DNA of 64,000 nt from Eledone cirrhosa (Eukaryota): NCBI GenBank assembly GCA_964016885.1, contig OZ024742.1, positions 360,034,001-360,098,000 on the forward strand, written 5' to 3'. A program made the position numbers and the translations under genes. Position 1 is the first letter of the stretch. Every line of letters begins with the position of its first letter. The notes below the pieces were generated by a model, which saw nothing but the letters and a program-made list of their open reading frames with translations, was not told the origin of the DNA and ran no database searches. Below are positions 26,501-39,290 of the stretch, piece after piece.

Positions 26501-29289
26501 GAAGGTGGAGGAGAGAGATGGAAAGTCTGGGATGTGAAGGTGGAGAAGAGAGATGGAAAGTCTGAGATGCGAAGGAGGAGAAGATAGTTAGAAAGGCTGG
26601 GATGTGCAGGAGCAGAAGAGAGACAGAAAGGCTGGGATGTGAAGGTGGAGAAGACAGATGGAAAGGGTGAGATGTGAAGGTGGAGGAGAGAGATAGAAAG
26701 TCTGGGATGTGACGGAGGAGAAGAGAGATAGAAAGACTGGGATGTGAAGGAGGAGACAAGAGATAGAAAGGCTGGGATGTGACGGTTGAGAGGAGAGATA
26801 GAAAGGCTGGGATGTGAAGGTGGAGAAGAGAGGTATAAAGGGTGGGATGTGAAGGTAGAGAAGAGAGATAGAAAGGCTGGGATGTGACGGAGGAGAAGAT
26901 AGATAGGAAGACTGGGATGTGAAGGTGGAGGAGAGAGATACAAAGGCTGGGATGTGAAGGAGGAGTAGGAAGATAGAAAGGCTGAGATGTGAAGGAAGAG
27001 AAGGGAGATAGAAAGGCTGAGATATGATGGAGGAGAAGAGAGATAGAAAGGCTGGCATGTGAAGGTGGAGGAGAAGATAGAAAGGCTGGGATGTGAAGGT
27101 GGAGGAGAAGATAGAAAGGCTGGGATGTGAAGGTAGAAGAGAGAGATAGAAAGGCTGGGATGTGAAGGAGGAGAAGATAGATAGAAAGGCTGGGATGTGA
27201 AGGTGGAGAAGAGAGGTTGAAAGGCTGAGATGTGAAGGAAGAGAAGAGAGATAGAAAGGCTGAGATATGAAGGAGGAGAAGAGAGATAGAAAGGCTGGGA
27301 TGTGAAGGTGGAGAAGAGAGATAGAAATGCTGAGATGTGAAGGTGGAGAAGAGAGATAGAAAGGCTGAGATATGAAGGAGGAGAAGAGATAGAAAGGCTG
27401 GGATATGAAGGAGGAGAAAATAGATAGAAAGGTTGAGATGTGAACGAGGAGAAGAGATAGAAAGGCTGGGATATGAAGGAGGAGAAAATAGATAGAAAGG
27501 CTGAGATGTGAACGAGGAGAAGAGAGATAGAAAGGCTGGGATGTGAAGGTGGAGAAGAGAGATGGAAAGGCTGGGATGTGAAGGTGGAGGAGAGAGATGG
27601 ACAGTCTGAGATATGAAGGAGGAGAAGAGAGATAGAAAGGCTGAGATATGAAGGAGGAGAAGAGATAGAAAGGCTGGGATATGAAGGAGGAGAAAATAGA
27701 TAGAAAGTCTGAGATGTGAACGAGGAGAAGAGAGATAGAAAGGCTGGGATGTGAAGGTGGAGGAGAGAGATAGAAAGGCTGAGATATGAAGGAGGAGAAG
27801 AGATAGAAAGGCTGGGATATGAAGGTGGAGAAGAGAGATAGAAAGGCTGAGATATGAAGGAGGAGAAGAGATAGAAAGGCTGGGATATGAAGGAGGAGAA
27901 AATAGATAGAAAGGCTGAGATGTGAACGAGGAGAAGAGATAGAAAGGCTGGGATATGAAGGAGGAGAAAATAGATAGAAAGGCTGAGATGTGAAGGTGGA
28001 GGAGAGAGATAGAAAGGCTGGGATGTGAAGGTGGAGAAGAGAGATGGAAAGTCTGAGATGTGAAGGAGGAGAAGATAGTTAGAAAGGCTGGGATGTGCAG
28101 GAGCAGAAGAGAGATAGAAAGGCTGGGATGTAAAGGTGGAGGAGAGGGATAGAAAGGCTGGGATGTGAAGGTGGAGAAGAGAGATGGAAAGGCTGAGATG
28201 TGAAGGAGGAGACAAGAGATAGAAAGGCTGGGATGTGACGGTGGAGAGGAGAGATAGAAAGGCTGGGATGTGAAGGTGGAGAAGAGAGGTATAAAGGGTG
28301 GGATGTGAAGGTAGAGAAAAGAGATAGAAAGGCTGGGATGTGACGGAGGAGAAGATAGATAGGAAGGCTGGGATGTGAAGGTGGAGGAGAGAGATACAAA
28401 GGCTGGGATGTGAAGAAGGTGTAGGAAGATAGAAAGGCTGAGATGTGAAGGAAGAGAAGAGAGATAGAAAGGCTGAGATATGATGGAGGAGAAGAGAGAT
28501 AGAAAGGCTGGGATGTGAAGGTGGAGGAGAAGATAGAAAGGCTGGGATGTGACGAAAGAGACGAGAGATAGAAAGGCTGGGATGTGACAGTGGAGAAGAT
28601 AGATAGGAAGGCTGGGATGTGAAGGTGGAGAGGAGAGATAGAAAGGCTGGGATGTGAAGGTGGAGAAGATAGATAGAAAGGCTGGGATGTGAAGGTGGAG
28701 AAGAGAGATAGAAAGGCTGGGATGTGACGGAGGAGAAGATAGATAGAAAGGCTGGGATGTGGAAAAGAGAAGATAGATAGAAAGGCTGGGAATTGAAGGT
28801 AAGGGAAGAGAGAGAGAAATGCTGAGATGTGAAGGTGGAGAAGAGAGATAGAAAGTCTGGGATGTGAAGGTAGAGAGGAGAGATAGAAAGGCTGGGATGT
28901 GAAGGTGGAGGAGAGATAGAAAGGCTGGGATGTGAAGGTGGAGAGGAGAGACAGAAAGGCTGGGATGTGAAGGTGGAGGAGAGATAGGAAGGCTGAGATG
29001 TGAAGGTGGAGAAGAGAGATAGAAAGGCTGAGATATGAAGGAGGAGAAGAGATAGAAAGGCTGGGATATGAAGGAGGAGAAAATAGATAGAAAGGCTGAG
29101 ATGTGAACGAGGAGAAGAGAGATAGAAAGGCTGGGATGTGAAGGTGGAGGAGAGAGATAGAAAGGCTGAGATATGAAGGAGGAGAAGAGATAGAAAGGCT
29201 GGGATATGAAGGAGGAGAAAATAGATAGAAAGGCTGAGATGTGAAGGAGGAGAAGAGAGATAGAAAGGCTGGGATGTGAAGGTGGAGGA

Positions 29290-29990
29290 GAGAGATAGAA
29301 AGGCTGGGATGTGAAGGTGGAGGAGAGAGATGGAAAGTCTGGGATGTGAAGGTGGAGAAGAGAGATGGAAAGTCTGAGATGTGAAGGAGGAGAAGATAGT
29401 TAGAAAGGCTGGGATGTGCAGGAGCAGAAGAGAGACAGAAAGGCTGGGATGTGAAGGTGGAGAAGACAGATGGAAAGGCTGAGATGTGAAGGTGGAGGAG
29501 AGAGATAGAAAGTCTGGGATGTGACGGAGGAGAAGAGAGATAGAAAGACTGGGATGTGAAGGAGGAGACAAGAGATAGAAAGGCTGGGATGTGACGGTGG
29601 AGAGGAGAGATAGAAAGGCTGGGATGTGAAGGTGGAGGAGAGAGATAGAAAGGCTGGGATGTGAAGGTGGAGGAGAGAGATGGAAAGTCTGGGATGTGAA
29701 GGTGGAGAAGAGAGATGGAAAGTCTGAGATGTGAAGGAGGAGAAGATAGTTAGAAAGGCTGGGATGTGCAGGAGCAGAAGAGAGACAGAAAGGCTGGGAT
29801 GTGAAGGTGGAGAAGACAGATGGAAAGGCTGAGATGTGAAGGTGGAGGAGAGAGATAGAAAGTCTGGGATGTGACGGAGGAGAAGAGAGATAGAAAGACT
29901 GGGATGTGAAGGAGGAGACAAGAGATAGAAAGGCTGGGATGTGACGGTGGAGAGGAGAGATAGAAAGGCTGGGATGTGAAGGTGGAGAAG
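29290..29990 (+). repeat. Local 10-monomer (350 bp) tandem duplication
   Basis: GTTAG marker at 29400 and 29750, with an identical following variant series (GCAGGAGCAG, AGACAG, GGAGACAAG). Confidence 0.9.
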
Positions 29991-32900
29991 AGAGGTATAA
30001 AGTGTGGGATGTGAAGGTAGAGAAGAGAGATAGAAAGGCTGGGATGTGACGGAGGAGAAGATAGATAGGAAGGCTGGGATGTGAAGGTGGAGGAGAGAGA
30101 TACAAAGGCTGGGATGTGAAGGAGGAGTAGGAAGATAGAAAGGCTGAGATGTGAAGGAAGAGAAGAGAGATAGAAAGGCTGAGATATGATGGAGGAGAAG
30201 AGAGATAGAAAGGCTGGGATGTGAAGGTGGAGGAGAAGATAGAAAGGCTGGGATGTGAAGGTGGAGGAGAAGATAGAAAGGCTGGGATGTGAAGGTAGAA
30301 GAGAGAGATAGAAAGGCTGGGATGTGAAGGAGGAGAAGATAGAGAGGAAGGCTGGGATGTGAAGGTGGAGAAGAGAGGTTGAAAGGCTGAGATGTGAAGG
30401 AAGAGAAGAGAGATAGAAAGGCTGAGATATGAAGGAGGAGAAGAGAGATAGAAAGGCTGGGATGTGAAGGTGGAGAAGAGAGATAGAAATGCTGAGATGT
30501 GAAGGTGGAGAAGAGAGATAGAAAGGCTGAGATATGAAGGAGGAGAAGAGATAGAAAGGCTGGGATATGAAGGAGGAGAAAATAGATAGAAAGGCTGAGA
30601 TGTGAACGAGGAGAAGAGATAGAAAGGCTGGGATATGAAGGAGGAGAAAATAGATAGAAAGGCTGAGATGTGAACGAGGAGAAGAGAGATAGAAAGGCTG
30701 GGATGTGAAGGTGGAGGAGAGAGATAGAAAGGCTGAGATATGAAGGAGGAGAAGAGATACAAAGGCTGGGATATGAAGGAGCAGAAAATAGATAGAAAGG
30801 CTGAAATGTGAACGAGGAGAAGAGATAGAAAGGCTGGGATATGAAGGAGGAGAAAATAGATAGAAAGGCTGAGATGTGAAGGAGGAGAAGAGAGATAGAA
30901 AGGCTGGGATGTGAAGGTGGAGGAGAGAGTTAGAAAGGCTGGGATGTGAAGGTGGAGAAGAGAGATGGAAAGGCTGGGATGTGAAGGTGGAGGAGAGAGA
31001 TGGACAGTCTGAGATATGAAGGAGGAGAAGAGAGATAGAAAGGCTGAGATATGAAGGAGGAGAAGAGATAGAAAGGCTGGGATATGAAGGAGGAGAAAAT
31101 AGATAGAAAGGCTGAGATGTGAAGGTGGAGGAGAGAGATAGAAAGGCTGGGATGTGAAGGTGGAGAAGAGAGATGGAAAGGCTGGGATGTGAAGGTGGAG
31201 AAGAGAGATGGAAAGTCTGAGATGTGAAGGAAGAGAAGATAGTTAGAAAGGCTGGGATGTGCAGGAGCAGAAGAGAGATAGAAAGGCTGGGATGTAAAGG
31301 TGGAGGAGAGGGATAGAAAGGCTGGGATGTGAAGGTGGAGAAGAGAGATGGAAAGGCTGAGATGTGAAGGAGGAGACAAGAGATAGAAAGGCTGGGATGT
31401 GACGGTGGAGAGGAGAGATAGAAAGGCTGGGATGTGAAGGTGGAGAAGAGAGATGGAAAGGCTGAGATGTGAAGGTGGAGAAGAGAGGTATAAAGGGTGG
31501 GATGTGAAGGTAGAGAAGAGAGATAGAAAGGCTGGGATGTGACGGAGGAGAAGATAGATAGGAAGGCTGGGATGTGAAGGTGGAGGAGAGAGATACAAAG
31601 GCAGGGATGTGAAGAAGGAGTAGGAAGATAGAAAGGCTGAGATGTGAAGGAAGAGAAGAGAGATAGAAAGGCTGAGATATGATGGAGGAGAAGAGAGATA
31701 GAAAGGCTGGGATGTGAAGGTGGAGGAGAAGATAGAAAGGCTGGGATGTGACGAAAGAGACGAGAGATAGAAAGGCTGGGATGTGACAGTGGAGAAGATA
31801 GATAGGAAGGCTGGGATGTGAAGGTGGAGAGGAGAGATAGAAAGGCTGGGATGTGAAGGTGGAGAAGATAGATAGAAAGGCTGGGATGTGAAGGTGGAGA
31901 AGAGAGATAGAAAGGCTGGGATGTGACGGAGGAGAAGATAGATAGAAAGGCTGGGATGTGGAAAAGAGAAGATAGATAGAAAGGCTGGGAATTGAAGGTA
32001 AGGGAAGAGAGAGAGAAATGCTGAGATGTGAAGGTGGAGAAGAGAGATAGAAAGGCTGGGATGTGAAGGTAGAGAGGAGAGATAGAAAGGCTGGGATGTG
32101 AAGGTGGAGGAGAGATAGAAAGGCTGGGATGTGAAGGTGGAGAGGAGAGACAGAAAGGCTGGGATGTGAAGGTGGAGGAGAGATAGGAAGGCTGAGATGT
32201 GAAGGTGGAGAAGAGAGATAGAAAGGCTGAGATATGAAGGAGGAGAAGAGATAGAAAGGCTGGGATATGAAGGAGGAGAAAATAGATAGAAAGGCTGAGA
32301 TGTGAACGAGGAGAAGAGAGATAGAAAGGCTGGGATGTGAAGGTGGAGGAGAGAGATAGAAAGGCTGAGATATGAAGGAGGAGAAGAGATAGAAAGGCTG
32401 GGATATGAAGGAGGAGAAAATAGATAGAAAGGCTGAGATGTGAAGGAGGAGAAGAGAGATAGAAAGGCTGGGATGTGAAGGTGGAGGAGAGAGATAGAAA
32501 GGCTGGGATGTGAAGGTGGAGGAGAGAGATGGAAAGTCTGGGATGTGAAGGTGGAGAAGAGAGATGGAAAGGCTGGGATGTGAAGGTGGAGGAGAGAGAT
32601 GGAAAGTCTGGGATGTGAAGGTGGAGAAGAGAGATGGAAAGTCTGAGATGTGAAGGAGGAGAAGATAGTTAGAAAGGCTGGGATGTGCAGGAGCAGAAGA
32701 GAGACAGAAAGGCTGGGATGTGAAGGTGGAGAAGACAGATGGAAAGGCTGAGATGTGAAGGTGGAGGACAGAGATAGAAAGTCTGGGATGTGACGGAGGA
32801 GAAGAGAGATAGAAAAACTGGGATGTGAAGGAGGAGACAAGAGATAGAAAGGCTGGGATGTGACGGTGGAGAGGAGAGATAGAAAGGCTGGGATGTGAAG

Positions 32901-35900
32901 GTGGAGGAGAGAGATACAAAGGCTGGGATGTGAAGGAGGAGTAGGAAGATAGAAAGGCTGAGATGTGAAGGAAGAGAAGAGAGATAGAAAGGCTGAGATA
33001 TGATGGAGGAGAAGAGAGATATAAAGGCTGGGATGTGAAGGTGGAGGAGAAGATAGAAAGGCTGGGATGTGAAGGTGGAGGAGAAGATAGAAAGGCTGGG
33101 ATGTGAAGGTAGAAGAGAGAGATAGAAAGGCTGGGATGTGAAGGAGGAGAAGATAGAGAGAAAGGCTGGGATGTGAAGGTGGAGAAGAGAGGTTGAAAGG
33201 CTGAGATGTGAAGGAAGAGAAGAGAGATAGAAAGGCTGAGATATGAAGGAGGAGAAGAGAGATAGAAAGGCTGGGATGTGAAGGTGGAGAAGAGAGATAG
33301 AAATGCTGAGATGTGAAGGTGGAGAAGAGAGATAGAAAGGCTGAGATATGAAGGAGGAGAAGAGATAGAAAGGCTGGGATATGAAGGAGGAGAAAATAGA
33401 TAGAAAGGCTGAGATGTGAACGAGGAGAAGAGATAGAAAGGCTGGGATATGAAGGAGGAGAAAATAGATAGAAAGGCTGAGATGTGAACGAGGAGAAGAG
33501 AGATAGAAAGGCTGGGATGTGAAGGTGGAGGAGAGAGATAGAAAGGCTGAGATATGAAGGAGGAGAAGAGATAGAAAGGCTGGGATATGAAGGAGCAGAA
33601 AATAGATAGAAAGGCTGAAATGTGAACGAGGAGAAGAGATAGAAAGGCTGGGATGTGAAGGAGGAGAAAATAGATAGAAAGGCTGAGATGTGAAGGAGGA
33701 GAAGAGAGATAGAAAGGCTGGGATGTGAAGGTGGAAGAGAGAGATAGAAAGGCTGGGATGTGAAGGTGGAGAAGAGAGATGGAAAGGCTGGGATGTGAAG
33801 GTGGAGGAGAGAGATGGACAGTCTGAGATATGAAGGAGGAGAAGAGAGATAGAAAGGCTGAGATATGAAGGAGGAGAAGAGATAGAAAGGCTGGGATATG
33901 AAGGAGGAGAAAATAGATAGAAAGGCTGAGATGTGAACGAGCAGAAGAGAGATAGAAAGGCTGGGATGTGAAGGTGGAGGAGAGAGATAGAAAGGCTGAG
34001 ATATGAAGGAGGAGAAGAGATAGAAAGGCTGGGATATGAAGGAGGAGAAAATAGATAAAAAGGCTGAGATGTGAAGGAGGAGAAGAGAGATAGAAAGGCT
34101 GGGATGTGAAGGTGGAGGAGAGAGATAGAAATGCTGAGATGTGAAGGTGGAGAAGAGAGATAGAAAGGCTGAGATATGAAGGAGGAGAAGAGATAGAAAG
34201 GCTGGGATATGAAGGAGGAGAAAATAGATAGAAAGGCTGAGATGTGAACGAGGAGAAGAGAGATAGAAAGGCTGGGATGTGAAGGTTGAGGAGAGAGATA
34301 GAAAGGCTGAGATATGAAGGAGGAGAAGAGATAGAAATGCTGGGATATGAAGGAGGAGAAAATAGATAGAAAGGCTGAGATGTGAAGGAGGAGAAGAGAG
34401 ATAGAAAGGCTGGGATGTGAAGGTGGAGGAGAGATATAGAAAGGCTGGGATGTGAAGGTGGAGAAGAGAGATGGAAAGGCTGGGATGTGAAGGTGGAGGA
34501 GAGAGATGGACAGTCTGAGATATGAAGGAGGAGAAGAGAGATAGAAAGGCTGAGATATGAACGAGGAGAAGAGATAGAAAGGCTGGGATATGAAGGAGGA
34601 GAAAATAGATAGAAAGGCTGAGATGTGAACGAGGAGAAGAGAGAGAGAAAGGCTGGGATGTGAAGGTGGAGGAGAGAGATAGAAAGGCTGAGATATGAAG
34701 GAGGAGAAGAGATAGAAAGGCTGGGATATGAAGGAGGAGAAAATAGATAGAAAGGCTGAGATGTGAAGGAGGAGAAGAGAGATAGAAAGGCTGGGATGTG
34801 AAGGTGGAGGAGAGAGATAGAAATGCTGAGATGTGAAGGTGGAGAAGAGAGATAGAAAGGCTGAGATATGAAGGAGGAGAAGAGATAGAAAGGCTGGGAT
34901 ATGAAGGAGGAGAAAATAGATAGAAAGGCTGAGATGTGAACGAGGAGAAGAGAGATAGAAAGGCTGGGATGTGAAGGTGGAGGAGAGAGATAGAAAGGCT
35001 GAGATATGAAGGAGGAGAAGAGATAGAAAGGCTGGGATATGAAGGAGGAGAAAATAGATAGAAATGCTGAGATGTGAAGGAGGAGAAGAGAGATAGAAAG
35101 GCTGGGATGTGAAGGTGGAGGAGAGAGATAGAAAGGCTGGGATGTGAAGGTGGAGAAGAGAGATGGAAAGGCTGGGATGTGAAGGTGGAGAAGAGAGATG
35201 GAATGTCTGAGATGTGAAGGAGGAGAAGATAGTTAGAAAGGCTGGGATGTGCAGGAGCAGAAGAGAGATAGAAAGGCTGGGATGTAAAGGTGGAGGAGAG
35301 AGATAGAAAGGCTGGGATGTGAAGGTGGAGGAGAAGATAGAAAGGCTGGGATGTGAAGGTAGAGTAGACAGATAGAAAGGCTGGGATGTGAAGAAGGAGA
35401 AGATACATAGAAAGGCTGGGATGTGAAGATGGAGAAGAGAGACTGAAAGGCTGAGATGTGAAGGAAGAGAAGAGATATAGAAAGGCTGAGATATGAAGGA
35501 GGAGAAGAGAGATAGAAAGGCTGGGATGTGAAGGTGGAGAAGAGAGATAGAAAGGCTGGGATGTGACGGAGGAGAAGATAGATAGAAAGGCTGGGATGTG
35601 AAAAAGAGAAGATAGATAGAAAGGCTGGGAATTGAAGGTAAGGGAAGAGAGAGAGAAATGCTGAGATGTGAAGGTGGAGAAGAGAGATAGAAAGGCTGGG
35701 ATGTGAAGGTAGAGAGGAGAGATAGAAAGGCTGGGATGTGAAGGTGGAGGAGAGATAGAAAGGTTGAGATGTGAAGGCGGAGGAGAGAGATAGAAAGGCT
35801 GGGATGTGAAGGTGGAGAGGAGAGACAGAAAGGCTGGGATGTGAAGGTGGAGGAGAGATAGGAAGGCTGAGATGTGAAGGTGGAGAAGAGAGATAGAAAG

Positions 35901-38900
35901 GCTGAGATATGAAGGAGGAGAAGAGATAGAAAGGCTGGGATATGAAAGAGGAGAAAATAGATAGAAAGGCTGAGATGTGAACGAGGAGAAGAGAGATAGA
36001 AAGGCTGGGATGTGAAGGTGGAGGAGAGAGATAGAAAGGCTGAGATATGAAGGAGGAGAAGAGATAGAAAGGCTGGGATATGAAGGAGGAGAAAATAGAT
36101 AGAAAGGCTGAGATGTGAAGGAGGAGGAGAGAGATAGAAAGGCTGGGATGTGAAGGTGGAGGAGAGAGATGGAAAGTCTGGTATGTGAAGGTGGAGAAGA
36201 GAGATGGAAAGGCTGGGATGTGAAGGTGGAGGAGAGAGATAGAAAGGCTGGGATGTGAAGGTGGAGAAGAGAGATGGAAAGGCTGGGATGTGAAGGTGGA
36301 GGAGAGAGATGGACAGTCTGAGATATGAAGGAGGAGAAGAGAGATAGAAAGGCTGAGATATGAAGGAGGAGAAGAGATAGAAAGGCTGGGATATGAAGGA
36401 GGAGAAAATAGATAGAAAGGCTGAGATGTGAAGGTGGAGGAGAGAGATAGAAAGGCTGGGATGTGAAGGTGGAGAAGAGAGATGGAAAGGCTGGGATGTG
36501 AAGGTGGAGAAGAGAGATGGAAAGTCTGAGATGTGAAGGAGGAGAAGATAGTTAGAAAGGCTGGGATGTGCAGGAGCAGAAGAGAGATAGAAAGGCTGGG
36601 ATGTAAAGGTGGAGGAGAGGGATAGAAAGGCTGGGATGTGAAGGTGGAGAAGAGAGATGGAAAGGCTGAGATGTGAAGGAGGAGACAAGAGATAGAAAGG
36701 CTGGGATGTGACGGTGGAGAGGAGAGATAGAAAGGCTGGGATGTGAAGGTGGAGAAGAGAGGTATAAAGGGTGGGATGTGAAGGTAGAGAAGAGAGATAG
36801 AAAGGCTGGGATGTGACGGAGGAGAAGATAGATAGGAAGGCTGGGATGTGAAGGTGGAGGAGAGAGATACAAAGGCTGGGATGTGAAGAAGGAGTAGGAA
36901 GATAGAAAGGCTGAGATGTGAAGGAAGAGAAGAGAGATAGAAAGGCTGAGATATGATGGAGGAGAAGAGAGATAGAAAGGCTGGGATGTGAAGGTGGAGG
37001 AGAAGATAGAAAGGCTGGGATGTGACGAAAGAGACGAGAGATAGAAAGGCTGGGATGTGACAGTGGAGAAGATAGATAGGAAGGCTGGGATGTGAAGGTG
37101 GAGAGGAGAGATAGAAAGGCTGGGATGTGAAGGTGGAGAAGATAGATAGAAAGGCTGGGATGTGAAGGTGGAGAAGAGAGATAGAAAGGCTGGGATGTGA
37201 CGGAGGAGAAGATAGATAGAAAGGCTGGGATGTGGAAAAGAGAAGATAGATAGAAAGGCTGGGAATTGAAGGTAAGGGAAGAGAGAGAGAAATGCTGAGA
37301 TGTGAAGGTGGAGAAGAGAGATAGAAAGGCTGGGATGTGAAGGTAGAGAGGAGAGATAGAAAGGCTGGGATGTGAAGGTGGAGGAGAGATAGAAAGGCTG
37401 GGATGTGAAGGTGGAGAGGAGAGACAGAAAGGCTGGGATGTGAAGGTGGAGGAGAGATAGGAAGGCTGAGATGTGAAGGTGGAGAAGAGAGATAGAAAGG
37501 CTGAGATATGAAGGAGGAGAAGAGATAGAAAGGCTGGGATATGAAGGAGGAGAAAATAGATAGAAAGGCTGAGATGTGAACGAGGAGAAGAGAGATAGAA
37601 AGGCTGGGATGTGAAGGTGGAGGAGAGAGATAGAAAGGCTGAGATATGAAGGAGGAGAAGAGATAGAAAGGCTGGGATATGAAGGAGGAGAAAATAGATA
37701 GAAAGGCTGAGATGTGAAGGAGGAGAAGAGAGATAGAAAGGCTGGGATGTGAAGGTGGAGGAGAGAGATAGAAAGGCTGGGATGTGAAGGTGGAGGAGAG
37801 AGATGGAAAGTCTGGGATGTGAAGGTGGAGAAGAGAGATGGAAAGGCTGGGATGTGAAGGTGGAGGAGAGAGATGGAAAGTCTGGGATGTGAAGGTGGAG
37901 AAGAGAGATGGAAAGTCTGAGATGTGAAGGAGGAGAAGATAGTTAGAAAGGCTGGGATGTGCAGGAGCAGAAGAGAGACAGAAAGGCTGGGATGTGAAGG
38001 TGGAGAAGACAGATGGAAAGGCTGAGATGTGAAGGTGGAGGACAGAGATAGAAAGTCTGGGATGTGACGGAGGAGAAGAGAGATAGAAAGACTGGGATGT
38101 GAAGGAGGAGACAAGAGATAGAAAGGCTGGGATGTGACGGTGGAGAGGAGAGATAGAAAGGCTGGGATGTGAAGGTGGAGAAGAGAGGTATAAAGTGTGG
38201 GATGTGAAGGTAGAGAAGAGAGATAGAAAGGCTGGGATGTGACGGAGGAGAAGATAGATAGGAAGGCTGGGATGTGAAGGTGGAGGAGAGAGATACAAAG
38301 GCTGGGATGTGAAGGAGGAGTAGGAAGATAGAAAGGCTGAGATGTGAAGGAAGAGAAGAGAGATAGAAAGGCTGAGATATGATGGAGGAGAAGAGAGATA
38401 TAAAGGCTGGGATGTGAAGGTGGAGGAGAAGATAGAAAGGCTGGGATGTGAAGGTGGAGGAGAAGATAGAAAGGCTGGGATGTGAAGGTAGAAGAGAGAG
38501 ATAGAAAGGCTGGGATGTGAAGGAGGAGAAGATAGAGAGAAAGGCTGGGATGTGAAGGTGGAGAAGAGAGGTTGAAAGGCTGAGATGTGAAGGAAGAGAA
38601 GAGAGATAGAAAGGCTGAGATATGAAGGAGGAGAAGAGAGATAGAAAGGCTGGGATGTGAAGGTGGAGAAGAGAGATAGAAATGCTGAGATGTGAAGGTG
38701 GAGAAGAGAGATAGAAAGGCTGAGATATGAAGGAGGAGAAGAGATAGAAAGGCTGGGATATGAAGGAGGAGAAAATAGATAGAAAGGCTGAGATGTGAAC
38801 GAGGAGAAGAGATAGAAAGGCTGGGATATGAAGGAGGAGAAAATAGATAGAAAGGCTGAGATGTGAACGAGGAGAAGAGAGATAGAAAGGCTGGGATGTG

Positions 38901-39290
38901 AAGGTGGAGGAGAGAGATAGAAAGGCTGAGATATGAAGGAGGAGAAGAGATAGAAAGGCTGGGATATGAAGGAGCAGAAAATAGATAGAAAGGCTGAAAT
39001 GTGAACGAGGAGAAGAGATAGAAAGGCTGGGATATGAAGGAGGAGAAAATAGATAGAAAGGCTGAGATGTGAAGGAGGAGAAGAGAGATAGAAAGGCTGG
39101 GATGTGAAGGTGGAGGAGAGAGATAGAAAGGCTGGGATGTGAAGGAGGAGAAGAGAGATGGAAAGGCTGGGATGTGAAGGTGGAGGAGAGAGATGGACAG
39201 TCTGAGATATGAAGGAGGAGAAGAGAGATAGAAAGGCTGAGATATGAAGGAGGAGAAGAGATAGAAAGGCTGGGATATGAAGGAGGAGAA
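29660..39290 (+). repeat. Dispersed block duplications with offsets 5274/5309 and 8193 bp
   Basis: GTGGAAAAGAG 31961/37235 and GTTAG 32669/37943 give 5274. GTTAG 31243/36552 gives 5309. TATAAAGTGTGGG ~30003/38196 and GTTAG 29750/37943 give 8193. Confidence 0.85.
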